Both the position numbers and the translations under genes were made by a program. A stretch of 63,022 bases of DNA, filler included, from Globobulimina sp. (Eukaryota), in assembly GCA_003354225.1 (NCBI GenBank). It is 48 parts of 48 records of this genome, joined end to end, with 100 filler letters (N's around TTAATTAATTAA, not from the genome) between each part and the next. Parts side by side here need not be neighbours in the genome. Positions count along the whole stretch, not along the records: positions 13,161 to 14,376 come from PIVH01020801.1; positions 14,477 to 15,692 come from PIVH01020802.1; positions 15,793 to 17,008 come from PIVH01020803.1; positions 17,109 to 18,323 come from PIVH01020804.1; positions 18,424 to 19,638 come from PIVH01020805.1; positions 19,739 to 20,953 come from PIVH01020806.1; positions 21,054 to 22,268 come from PIVH01020807.1; positions 22,369 to 23,583 come from PIVH01020808.1; 40 more parts are not named here. One strand, given 5' to 3'. Shown one piece after another: positions 13,161 through 25,306 of the stretch. The notes beneath the pieces are model-generated. The model did not search any database. It had not been told where the DNA came from and saw only the letters and a program-made list of their open reading frames with translations. The first letter of the stretch is position 1. Every line of letters starts with the position of its first letter.

Positions 13161-13919
13161 AAAAAACAAAGCGATCATAATATATATAGCAATACACAAA
13201 TAAAAATAAAAAAACATCGAGATTTGAATAAAATAAATTTAGAGTTAAAAGAATTAAAAGATTTTGTCAATGATTGTAATAAAAATATATCAAATTATAA
13301 AACGTATTTAGATGATTTCAAAAAAAATAAAAGAGACAATTTTAAAATAAATCAGAATAATAATTCCCATTTCAATCCATTAACAATGTCCTTTCCTTCC
13401 TATCACAATAACATTAATAATAAATCTTCAATGTCGTTTATTTCAAATTCAATGCAACATTCACGTTCACGGTCATTAAAATCATTGAAATCATTCAGTA
13501 AAAATAAGCAAAGTGAAAATGAAAGAAATTTAAATGTGACAAATGAGCATGGTACAAATGCAAATTTGAGCAAAATTGATATTGCAAATATTACACCAAA
13601 GAAAACGCCAAAAAGAAAACTATTATAAAATGTCAGTAACAATACTGACTCAACATTGCAATCTTCGTTTGTCTCAATGGCAAATATTGACACTCCAATA
13701 ACCATTGATAATAAACGTAAAAAAACGAAAAAATATTCAACGCCAATGCCGATGACGCCGACTCCAATGCCGATGCCAAACATAAGTAAAATAAATATCA
13801 CCCAACAGGATAATCAAGATTATGAACATGAACATGATGATATGATTGATAATGATGAGGACGAGGACGAGGATGAGAAACAACACATTCATAAAACAAA
13901 CAGTACCACGAGTTCTTGA
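13161..13919 (+). pseudogene. Low-complexity Asn/Lys/Ser-rich coding region interrupted by one in-frame TAA (13626-13628)
   Basis: ORFs 13224-13628 and 13656-13919 share one frame: KRKLL*NVSNNTDSTLQSS. Confidence 0.55.
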
Positions 13920-14476
13920 CATTATATTGCATTTTTTTTAATGTGGATCATTTTGATTGTGTGATATGTTTTATATATTTAATTGGGACGTAATTGCTTA
14001 ACAAATCATGAAACAATTGCAAGTTTCATTTATCTTTAATAAAAAGAGTTTTTTCACACAAATATATTCAAAGATATGGAAATCTGAAGATTTTTATACA
14101 TCATATTTAGAGAGTTCACCATTGCAAATATTTGAACATATTTCCTTTCTAGTTTCTGAAATGCAACTGTTAGTTTCAGAGAATACTTTTAAAGGATTCA
14201 CTATTAATCATTTCCGGTATTCAAAGGCTTTCAAGTCAAAGGATGTGATACCGATACGTATGCTGGAATATTTTAAGAAGGACTTTACTGACAAATCTTA
14301 TCGTTTCACAAAGTATCATCGCAGACATTACTTGCTTATGAACCGCAATTAACAAATATAAATAATGCGTTTTTGCNNNNNNNNNNNNNNNNNNNNNNNN
14401 NNNNNNNNNNNNNNNNNNNNTTAATTAATTAANNNNNNNNNNNNNNNNNNNNNNNNNNNNNNNNNNNNNNNNNNNN

Positions 14477-15680
14477 CCCAGGCATCATGATATCTAGTAG
14501 TATAAGATCTATTTTTTGGCCACTTGACAAAATGTGGTCTTGTCAAAATATCAGATATCTGGGACTCTGAACATAATGGCTTCCTAACACCAGAAGCCAT
14601 AATAAACAAATTAATTGTGAAGCAAAACTGGATCATAGAATGGATGACGATTAAAAAGTATATACCAAACACCTGGAAACATGTGCTCAGTGGTGATGCT
14701 ATAATTCCAGTCCCACGAAATGTGTTAGCTTTGAGTACAAGTATTGCATGTTATAACAATAAGATTTTTGTGAATGAAAATGAAATTAAATTGATTAAAA
14801 AATTAAAATCAAAAGACTTATGCAACCATTTGAACTACCCAAATCATTATCCACATGCAATGGATAAATGGAATCAAAAACTGGGAACCAACCTAGATTG
14901 GCCACTAATTTTCCAAATAAATACAACTGCCATTAAAAATCGTAAACACCTTGATTTGAACTGGAAAATTTTTCACAGAGCAATATTTACAGAAGATAGA
15001 CTAAAAAAAATGGGCCGTTCAAATGGTATATGTAAATTATGTTCTAAAGAAACTGAGGATATTCTCCATCTTTTCTATAACTGTGAGACAGTATTACCAT
15101 TGTGGCAAGAGATTACAAACATCCTAAACCAGGAAATAGAATGTAACATAATTCTTGATCATAAAAACATATTGTTTGGACTACCGGTTGGTATAGATTC
15201 CACAGTGAACTTCATTTATAACTTTTTAATATCCACAACAAAGTGGATAATTTGGAAACATAGAAACAATGTTGTCTATGGGAACAAACCTAGGCAGGCA
15301 GTTAATCAGCTCCGACATTATGTCTTAGCTGACTGCAAATCTGAGATAGACATTATCATGAAATCAACAAAAGTAAATAAATTTAACCAACAGGACTTGG
15401 AGAAACTATTAAGAATCACAAGCCAAGTGTAATACTGTTTCACATACATATTTAATATGTGTGTATGTTTGTAAGTATGTATGTATAAATGATTGGATGT
15501 ATGAACTTGTATCTGCGAAAGTATGAATGTGATGCTTACCTCAATTTATATTATGTATACATTGGTGCTAAAACTATAACTATTTTTCAATGTAATATCA
15601 ATTAAAATTATTCACTTATCTGTATTTGTAAAATGTCAAATGAATAAAGATTTTATCTTATTAAAAAAAAACAAAAACAA
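14477..15680 (+). mobile_element. L1/Tx1-clade LINE 3' end (zf-RVT domain, 3' UTR, A-rich tail)
   Basis: WKIFHRAIFT...CKLC..ETEDILHLFYNC...KWIIWKHRN, stop at 15432; AATAAA at 15643-15648 then A-rich tail. Confidence 0.85.
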
Positions 15681-15792
15681 TAATTGTCTTGANNNNNNNN
15701 NNNNNNNNNNNNNNNNNNNNNNNNNNNNNNNNNNNNTTAATTAATTAANNNNNNNNNNNNNNNNNNNNNNNNNNNNNNNNNNNNNNNNNNNN

Positions 15793-16020
15793 TAAAATCT
15801 TTCTTACGCCAAATCTATCGATCAATATACCGAATAGTATACAAAAAACAATATTTGGCCAAGCATATAATGTCATTAATAAATTGTATTGCACAGCATT
15901 GATATCATACCAATCCATTACTTGATCTTGGATTGGTACCAATATAGAACGATTTAGAGCACAGCCAATTTGATTTCCACATATAATCACACAAATAATC
16001 CATCGATACCATTGTTTCAT
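15793..16020 (-). CDS. MFS transporter, MFSD1-like N-terminus (3' truncated)
   Basis: QYNLLMTLYAWPNIVFCILFGILIDRFGVRK, containing MFS motif A (G.L.DRFG.R). Confidence 0.8.
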
Positions 16021-16884
16021 CGTTAAATTGTTGTAAAAGTACGCACGCCGTATATCAAAATGATACCACAATTCTCACGTGACAATTCTCAAAGTAAAAC
16101 TGAATTAAAATTATTAAATTATCAGCATTTGAAATATTTCTAAGTACGCAGTGAACGTAAATCATGGAAGAAGGAACGTCATAAAATTGTATTAAAGCCA
16201 CAACAAATAAAACTAGTATATATAAATTATGGTTTTAGGGTTTCATGTTTTTTATGTTTAGAGGTTTGTAGGTAATGAAAGAAACATAATCGGATTTTGT
16301 CGGACCTACAAACAATGAAAGCAATGCATTAGACTAATACCAACTAAGTTCGGAACCTTAACATGTTTAATAATAATAAAACCCATGTTTAATAATAATA
16401 ATAAAAACATGCATTAGACTAATGTTAACATGTTTAATAATAATAAAACCCATCTTTGTTTACTACCGAAGGGCTTTAGCTGCAAGCGTTCTAAAAAGTG
16501 ATTCTTATCCCTTTGAAACATCTATCAAGATATATATATATATATTCAAAAATTCATTTCAAAATTACCTCTTGCATAAAATAATTAAAATTATTATACT
16601 CATAAACACCCATAAAAAGCATAGGGAATCCATAATACAGCATAATATATATATTTGCGACATTGTCAAAGTTTATTTTTTGTTATTGGGATTGTACAAT
16701 AACACTTTTATGCTTTCGGATTTATTATTGTTTAAATCTGACTGTATTTATTTATTTAAGAATCATTTTGTGTTTATGATTCGCGTTATTATTGGTGTTA
16801 TATATATGTTATTTGTTTTTTTCACGTATGTTTTCCTGTATGGTGTTTGTGTTAAGTGTGTGTAAGTTTTTTTGTGATTGATTA

Positions 16885-16942
16885 GACTGTGCCCAACTAA
16901 GTTTTTTTCGAGACCGTTACATTTCAAGTCTACTTATGTCTA
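16885..16942 (-). repeat. Dispersed repeat family A, diverged copy
   Basis: Reverse complement tgaaatgtaacggtctcgaaaaaaacttagttgggcacagtc closely matches 55310-55351. Confidence 0.8.
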
Positions 16943-17246
16943 AGAGGATTGCTTGCCAGCAGCGTGGATTAATAAATAGTCCTCACTCTATTGCCTCTAC
17001 TGTCTCTCNNNNNNNNNNNNNNNNNNNNNNNNNNNNNNNNNNNNNNNNNNNNTTAATTAATTAANNNNNNNNNNNNNNNNNNNNNNNNNNNNNNNNNNNN
17101 NNNNNNNNAGTTTATCAATGATATAAAGAAGCAGTATTTATATATCTTCGATTGTATGGTATGTCATAATAATATGTATAAATAACATTGTTTGCAGGTA
17201 TGTTGTTTACTTCGAGTAGAGATCCATATTTTGCAGCTCTTTCTTC

Positions 17247-18205
17247 ATGCTCGGTATACAACAAAAAATCACGATTGGTGTATTTGGTTTATGGACGTTG
17301 CCATTTGGTTTAAATAATTTTGGTTTTCCTGCTCAAAATTTATTAGATGAACAGCAGCTTGCTGGTGATCCATTGAATAATCCTTCTGCAGCTGGCAAAT
17401 GTTTAAGTGCCTGGTTGCCTATATATCAGCAACAATGGTATCCACCAGGAAATCCTTCATTTCCTGGTCCAATTGCTGCCATAAATCTTGGTTCCGTATA
17501 TAATCTCACAAATATATGTGTATTCACTCAATATGGCACATGGAATATATCCTGGCGAATTGTAGAAAAAAATCCATATAATTCACAAGCGATCTATCAG
17601 TTTACATCAAATATTAACGGAGGTACATGGGAGAATCATTGGAATTGCATTAATTTCACATGCATCACAAAATGTATATGGACAATTTATCACATTATCT
17701 TTATTCAATCCGCCAGAGACTAGTTTATTAGAGCTGGTGTTCTATGGTTCAACCAAAAACAAACCATCTCAGCAGACAAAAAATTATAAATACATTGGCG
17801 ACCCAACTCCTTTGGGATTATTATTAGGCACAAATGGTTACGGTTGGACACCAATTGGATCAGGTATATATTTCGCAAATGTGCCAAACTTAATGATACT
17901 GCTAACGGCTTCATATATATATGCATCAAATACGTAGTGCGGGAGTATGACGATGGGCATTCACCGAAGGTGGTACAGATAAAGCATATGTGGGATATCC
18001 TAACAATCAAAATAGATTTGAATGTGTTGCGCAAGGTGGTTTTTGTTTGGATGAAGTATATGCAAATGCTACCAAATATAATTTAAATTGGCATCAATGT
18101 CTACAGAGTACTCCCGGTGATTCATTAAATAAATTTGCATCGAAATTAGTATCTATTGATAAAGATAGATATGGCAAGAAATTTAGAACAGGCTCAATGC
18201 AATAA
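17247..18205 (+). pseudogene. Frameshifted gene for a probable secreted glycoside-hydrolase-like protein
   Basis: Four overlapping ORFs read as one protein: ...PLGLLLGTNG / VREYDD / GYPNNQNRF...LDEVYAN...QCLQSTP; family assignment uncertain. Confidence 0.4.
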
Positions 18206-18423
18206 ATCTAAAACAAGTACAACTGAAATATACTGTTGTATGAGCAAGTCTACAAATACTGCTTCCATTTGACCCTATATTGTTTCTATCGGACAGTATA
18301 GAGCTGTCATATGACCGTATATTNNNNNNNNNNNNNNNNNNNNNNNNNNNNNNNNNNNNNNNNNNNNTTAATTAATTAANNNNNNNNNNNNNNNNNNNNN
18401 NNNNNNNNNNNNNNNNNNNNNNN

Positions 18424-18700
18424 GTTTTCGGTATCTTCCGTCCGAATAAAGGGATCAATAAAACTATCCAGAGTATCAATTTCAATGTTGTATTTATCAG
18501 CTCCACTGACATTAGTCCACTGAAAGGTTAAATTAGTGGGCAAATTTTTGGTACTGTCCTCAGGAACAATAGCTTCAGGAACAGTAAGAATAGTAGTAAA
18601 ATTACGACTCGTTGCCCATGAACTATAATCATCATCAATATTTTTGCTTCGAACACGCCAATAATATTTTGTCCCAAACCACAAACCAGATGCCAATAAT
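18424..18700 (-). CDS. Bacterial-type fibronectin type III repeat protein fragment
   Basis: SGLWFGTKYYWRVRSKN...SSWATSRNFTT...PED...NLPTNLTFQWTNVSGADKYNIEIDT...F. Confidence 0.75.
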
Positions 18701-19638
18701 GACAAAGATGGAGACTGGGCACTAAATAAAGGTATAACATTAATGGGATATACTAACAATGCGCAAAACGAAGGAAATACCTTATTTGAAGACGAAAACC
18801 ATGCAAAATATAATGACATCGAACCAGAAATGAATTTCAAAATGGATGGAAACACAACAACGATTATGATGGGCTTTGCTGATGAAAACGAACTAATATC
18901 TTACAACAATAACAATATTTCTATTGAATGGCTATTACAATGTCTTGAAACAAATCAATTATTTGCAAATCTAAATAAATTACAAAAACAACACATCGCA
19001 TATAAAATGAAAAAAAGATATATCCACAACAATGAAATTGTCATTCACCAACATTCAAAGCAATATAAAAACGCTTGTTTCTATATCATAGAAAGCGGAA
19101 AATATATTGCATTGATTGATGATATTAAGGTGAGATCGTGGCATGTAAAAGGAACTATATTTGGAGAATTAGCATTGTTTAATAACACACCACGCGCCGC
19201 AACCATTAAATGCATTGATATCCATGGTGGTTTTGTATGGTATTTGGATAAATATACATTTAACATAATTTGTGATGAATATAATGATATTTTCCATGTA
19301 AAACAAAAGGATAACGGTAAAATAATATGGTTATTACAGTGCATTGAAGAAAATGATTTATTTAAAAACTTAAATTTCATGACAAAAAAGAACATTGTAC
19401 GGGCAATGAAATTAATTAAACCAAAAAAATATGAAAACATCATATTACAAAACTCGGTACGTCCGCAGACAGTGTATGTGGTGGAAAATGGCGAATATTT
19501 TGCAATTATTGATGGTATGCGAGTAACTTCATGGAATAGAGGAGGCATATTCGGTGAGTTGGCGTTGTTGTATGATAAGCCAAGAAGTGCCACCATACAA
19601 TGTGTGAGCGATAATGAGGTGAATAAATTATGGGTGTT
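18700..19638 (+). CDS. Tandem cyclic-nucleotide-binding domain protein (PKA-R/PKG-like), partial
   Basis: Two phosphate-binding cassettes FGELALFNNTPRAATI and FGELALLYDKPRSATI. Confidence 0.92.
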
Positions 19639-19860
19639 NNNNNNNNNNNNNNNNNNNNNNNNNNNNNNNNNNNNNNNNNNNNTTAATTAATTAANNNNNN
19701 NNNNNNNNNNNNNNNNNNNNNNNNNNNNNNNNNNNNNNAAAAAGGAATTTGATAGAGTTCGTTTTTTTTTCTTTTTTTTTGGGTGTGTCTATTCAATTTA
19801 GAATCTCGTCTCACGCCACTGATATTGTGCAAGGAGAAAGCAACTAAGTTTTAATTAATC

Positions 19861-20583
19861 ATGGCACAATTTGTCAACACTCAGTACATTCCATCGTCAA
19901 TAATCAATACAATTTATAACTGGACGGGGATAACATTAACTTACCAATGGACCTGTACTTCGGGGTTAGCCTTGCAAATGATATGTGGCTATTTCCTTGG
20001 TTTTATGATGTGTCTGGGTCTCTGCTCATTATTTATGATTGACAAATACAGTGAGTCATACTTTTTCCCATTTGCGATGTACATATTCTTTTCAGCATTG
20101 TTTTACTTCATGGAATTTATCTGGCATTCGTTGTATCATCCGGACACATTAAGTGTGTCCGCATTTATTTTATTCAATCACAGCAAAGAATTTTATTATG
20201 CCTTAATTGGATGTTTTACTGAATATTTAATTGAATATTTCTTTTTTCCGTCGTTAAACTTATTTGGAATATTCAATTTAATCGGTTTAGCATTGGTTAT
20301 ATTTGGCCAACTGCTGCGCAGTTTGGCTGAGTTTACAGCGGGTTCTAATTTTACGCATTTAGTGGCTGTGGAAAGGAGAAAGGAGCACCAATTGATAACT
20401 CAAGGAGTGTATCAATATTCGCGTCATCCATCATATTGCGCCTATTTTTACTGGGCAGTCGGAACGCAAATGTTGTTGGGAAATCCAGTGTGCTCAATTG
20501 CATATGCTGTTGTTACATGGAAATTCTTCGACGCACGAATTGAATATGAAGAGTATTTTTTAGTGCAGTTCTTCAAAGACGAG
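19861..20583 (+). CDS. ICMT: Isoprenylcysteine carboxyl methyltransferase (STE14/ICMT), last residues missing
   Basis: Multi-TM; AGSNFTHLV...HQLITQGVYQYSRHPSY...YWAVGTQMLLGNP...FFDARIEYEEYFLVQFF. Confidence 0.95.
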
Positions 20584-20953
20584 CTCAAATTCTTGGGTCA
20601 TGTGATCTCAAGAGAGGGCATCTCCCCGCAGTTAGAGAAAGTAGAGGCGGTGCGTAGCTGGCCCAGACCCACATCTAAAAAGGACCTCAGAGGATTCCTT
20701 GGGTTGGTCGGGTACTACTCAACTTTCATCTACAACGCTGCTAATGTGATGAAGCCACTGCACAACATGACTAAGGATGACGGAGTCGTGCCCGCCACAC
20801 ATGAGGAATGGGAGTCAGTGCCGGAGGCCTTGGCTGCTTTCGAGGGCTTGAAGGAGAGAATGTGTGTCGCACCAGTGCTGGTACTGCCTAACTACAAGGC
20901 CGCATTAGAGGGCACTCAACCATTCCTAGTGCAAACCGATGCAAGCGAGGCAG
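20566..20953 (+). mobile_element. Ty3/gypsy LTR retrotransposon pol fragment (end of RT, connection, start of RNase H)
   Basis: FLGHVISREGI.P...KVEAV..WPRP...DLRGFLGLVGYY...AFEGLK.....PVLVLP...PFLVQTDAS; clearly GC-richer than the ICMT part. Confidence 0.92.
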
Positions 20954-21053
20954 NNNNNNNNNNNNNNNNNNNNNNNNNNNNNNNNNNNNNNNNNNNNTTA
21001 ATTAATTAANNNNNNNNNNNNNNNNNNNNNNNNNNNNNNNNNNNNNNNNNNNN

Positions 21054-22097
21054 TATTTTGGCTGGTTAACGGCACCTTAATATGCACCGAGGCCCGCTCG
21101 CCACAGCCGATATTGGTTGGGCACGCAGTTAAATATCCCAATTGCGCATTGTACGCAAACTCTAATTTGTCGTTAATGGCAGCCACGGCTTTCTGTAAAC
21201 GAACAAACACCGCTTTAATATTCGCGCCTTGCTGCATGGAAATAATCCGTAATTGGTCCTCCTCGTTGACCCACACTAAAAAGGTCTTGTTGGTGTTGAA
21301 AAAAATGCCGCGGCCAAAGGGCCAGTCGTTGTTAATTCCCGCAGACTCCAAGAAGCGGTCACCTTTTTTGAACAGGAAATGGTCGGCGACCAACTGTTTG
21401 CGGGTATCCTCATCCATGTTATTCAACGGATAATATTTACCTATGTGTACATGTACAAATGAGTGCGCATTTGCGTATATTTTTTTATATAGAAAATATT
21501 TAAAAGTGTGTATGAATACCTTTTAAATCATCGTCCTGGAATCCTTCTAAAATGGCTTTGATTTTGGCCTCAAACTCGAGGGTCTGCACTTTGCTCATTC
21601 CGCCGCGTAATGGGTATCCCTCCACGTTCCTGGCCACACGAACTCGCGTGGAAATAATGAATTTGTTATCGGGATCTAAATCCGCTGGGAACGCGTCATC
21701 GAACGCAAAGTTTTGCTTTGGATGCGCGAAACCCTTCAATGATTTCAATTTATGATAATCCATAATCATGGGATTGAGTAAATCCGCAAATACCACGTAC
21801 GCGTCGGCATCACTTGCATATACACCAACGCCGGAATCTAAATTATCGATTCCGGAGCGAATACATGATCGAAAATCACAGCCTTGTTTGGTTTTTTTGT
21901 CTTTTAAGGCAGCGAAAATATCGGCGGTTAAATATCTGGGGTGTGTATAGTGGCAATTAGGAGGATAAAGCACATGGGCATAGCTACGAAAAGCAGAAAC
22001 AAAACTTTTTTAATAATGATTTTGCATCTGATTTTTCTAATTTTGCATATAGATCTTCCACCGATTCAAGTTTTTGTTCGTCTTTTTGTTCGGCCAT
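21054..22097 (-). CDS. Arginine kinase (phosphagen kinase), 3' truncated, 2 introns
   Basis: Exons 22097-22006, 21935-21520, 21440-21054: [51 protein letters not shown]. Confidence 0.95.
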
Positions 22098-22568
22098 TTT
22101 GCAACTTATATGCGCGACAAACTAATTACAATCTGACTAAATATAAACTGACTTATAAACAAACTGAAGTGTGAGGAGAAGAAGTTGGGTTTTTGGGTTG
22201 AATAAATTTAAAAGTTTTTAAGTTGAAGCTATATATATAATTATCTAGAATGGGTTGTGGAAATGCAGNNNNNNNNNNNNNNNNNNNNNNNNNNNNNNNN
22301 NNNNNNNNNNNNTTAATTAATTAANNNNNNNNNNNNNNNNNNNNNNNNNNNNNNNNNNNNNNNNNNNNAAAGATAACATTTTATTAATAATGTTAAAAAA
22401 GTTTTTTTGTTGCATGATGAAATATGAAATGTTAATTATACGATATATTAGTTTATTATGCTTGCTTTAGTCTACGCGATTAAATAAAGTTTTCGTTTTT
22501 AACATTATATGAAAAACCTTAAAATGTTCACTAAGAAACCAATGAATTCACTAGATGAGCGACTCTTT

Positions 22569-22599
22569 TAACATTATATTTTTAACCTATTTTCCTTCC
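22569..22599 (+). repeat. Second copy of the terminal inverted repeat of the MITE at 44016-44204
   Basis: taacattatatttttaacctattttccttcc is 29/31 identical to 44174-44204. Confidence 0.75.
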
Positions 22600-22800
22600 T
22601 AAATGTTCGTCTCATGTTATCGCCTCGATTAGAAACTGTAAATAAAGATCGTACTGTATTATAAATAAGGATTAGACGAACATTTACTTAAGCTTTTTCT
22701 CTAACAAATCACAAATGATTTAAAAAGTTGATCATGAGCAAAATCAAGGTCAAATAGGAAAACTCTAATATACACTATAATTTTTATCCTTAAGTGTATA

Positions 22801-23324
22801 ATGGGTGCAGGATGTGCAAATTGTTATGACAGCGAAAGCAAACCTCCAAGCACCGACACAGATAAACTCAATGATAAATATTCCAAATTGACTAAAAAAT
22901 ATGAATCAGCCTGCGAGGAAAAATCAAATCTAATGAATCAAATACAGGTATATTGAGATAGAAATACACAAACATAAATCCATTATACTCCCTAAAGGTA
23001 TCAACAAACAAATTCAATGAATTAATGAATTCTCAATTATTATTAAATGAAAACTATGAAAACGAGATTATGAAATGGCAAACCAAAGTGTCACAATTAG
23101 AAGACTCACAATCAAATGAAAATGACATGGATGGATGTGACGAATATAAACAATTTCAAAATGACAATAAATCTGAGCACTATCAACAAATAATAAATGA
23201 ATTGACGCAAGAAATAAATAAATTAAATCAAGAAATCAAATTATTACAAATTCAAATTCAAAAAAATAAATACGTTTCATTTCCTGTGCCTGTCAATGAC
23301 AAAATATTAATGAGTAAACTCAAG
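22801..23324 (+). CDS. Coiled-coil protein with N-terminal acylation-type motif (3' end uncertain)
   Basis: MGAGCANC start; GT-AG intron 22948-22997 joins in frame to ORF 23025. Confidence 0.7.
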
Positions 23325-23683
23325 GTATTTATAATACATACTACGCACTGATAAGATGTTACAATTTCAAGTCAAAATCACTCAACGTTCTGTAATAAAA
23401 TTGAAACAATCCAGAAACGTATTTGGTAAAAATATAAAGTATTTTTGTTTCCTCTGTTGAACCTCAAGTGGTTTCACTTTAAGTTACAACATTTTATCGG
23501 CACAGAAATGCGCCATTCTACAAACTATACAATTGCCACTGCAATAAGCTCGAAGTGGCATCCTTGAAAAATAAATTGAAGAGNNNNNNNNNNNNNNNNN
23601 NNNNNNNNNNNNNNNNNNNNNNNNNNNTTAATTAATTAANNNNNNNNNNNNNNNNNNNNNNNNNNNNNNNNNNNNNNNNNNNN

Positions 23684-24260
23684 TCCTGACACATTTCCTG
23701 GCTCTCTTGCATATGGTTTATGGGAAATTTAGCCAACAATTTACACCCTGCTTTTCTCACATTTATATCAAATTTGCGTATTGCACACCAATATGTTTGG
23801 ATAATTATAGCTCGTCCCAACACCTTCACCACTGCCTTGACCCGTTCCAGATCACCATACAGTATATTTGCTCGTTCTCCATACATGCAATCATGAGCTA
23901 AAGAACACATTTTACTTCCTTGTCATTTTCTAATAAACTTTATAACTTACCCATTTGATTTAGGGCTACATCTTTTATAATATTTCCCTGGCTATCACAG
24001 ACGACCTGACAACCATAACACAGGTGAGCATCTTTTATTAAATCGGGTGTGCCTTCTTCTAATTCCTTTATGGTATGGAATAATAGTTCTTTTGCCGTCT
24101 TTTCTGGGGTACATGCAGTCAAGTCTACAGAATAGTCCATATCCATAACTGGTGGTGATGGTGATGGTGAGGTCTGGGAATAACCGTAATTGTCAACGTT
24201 ACTACTGGGTGAAGAGGGGGTTGGGATATAATAAGAATTCTGGTGATAATAGGAAGTCAT
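23684..24260 (-). CDS. Hypothetical Cys/His-motif protein with one intron (3' truncated)
   Basis: A 53-nt GTAAGT...TTTAG intron (23900-23952) joins HLCYGC...NQM to AHDCMYGE. Confidence 0.55.
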
Positions 24261-24639
24261 CTTCTTCACAATGATGTAATATTGCGAAAATGTGTGAGAC
24301 GGATGTTAATTTGGGTTGATGTACCCGGTGGGGTACTATAGAAAAATATTTCGCTGACAATATACCTTAGTAGGTTAAAGTTTTTCTGCGCAATCAGATA
24401 GGTCACAACTGACGATATACCTTAGTGGTTATTCTACACTATATATATATATATATTGAAATTTAAAGTAAAAACACAAGAGAGTTCATAATTCAACAAA
24501 TTTTACTTCCTGGTACAAATATTATATGTTTGGAATGTAATCCTAAATATTAGTCCAAACATTCACTATCTTTTCCTTCACATAATTCTCTGTGCCATCC
24601 AATTTTCACCATCATAGTATAAAGATTTGGGTTGTTCTG

Positions 24640-24708
24640 ATGTAATTTTATATGTTTCATCAGAGGCTTTTTGGTCATGTATGCGTTTCTACAGTTATCA
24701 CATTTAAA
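24640..24708 (-). pseudogene. Isolated C2H2 zinc-finger remnant
   Basis: FKCDNCRNAYMTKKPLMKHIKLH (Cx2Cx12Hx3H) with an in-frame stop just upstream. Confidence 0.5.
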
Positions 24709-25306
24709 ATTTTTCCTTCATTCCCAATAAGTGTGATACTTTTGTCAATGGTCCGCAAAACTACCTTTTTTCAGATAGTGTCATGGTCATGCTGGCTGAA
24801 AACACCTTTGCGGAATGCTGCAGACCCGAGGTCAGAGCGGAGTTCGAAGCTCATCACGACAACTTTTTTGTTCCTTTGGAAGGTCCAAAAGCGAAGGANN
24901 NNNNNNNNNNNNNNNNNNNNNNNNNNNNNNNNNNNNNNNNNNTTAATTAATTAANNNNNNNNNNNNNNNNNNNNNNNNNNNNNNNNNNNNNNNNNNNNCA
25001 AAAAACTACGTCATTCTATGTCATCAATATGTGCTATAATATTATTAATACGCTGAGCACGAATTGAATCCTCATAAATACGGCATGACGAAAGTATTGA
25101 TAATAACATCATTTTTTTAAATTTAGTTTTACAATCATTGGAATTCTATCTTGAATGATGTCAAATGGTCATCGAAATTCTTGTTTTTAATGGATACGAT
25201 GAAACTTGATTTGTCGAAACAATTTAACTGTTCTGCAAACAGATGGGTTATTATCAAAGATGGCAAGGTCTTATATAAAACACCGATATTTCCATCCACA
25301 AAACAT

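Noticed and set aside
13626-13628. In-frame TAA as evidence of a TAA=Gln genetic code
   Set aside because: It is a single case; the other long genes have no in-frame TAA/TAG and many end in TAA. A point mutation or sequence error is more likely.
16422-16865. 147-aa hydrophobic ORF
   Set aside because: Low-complexity AT-rich sequence with local duplications and no motif; probably non-coding.
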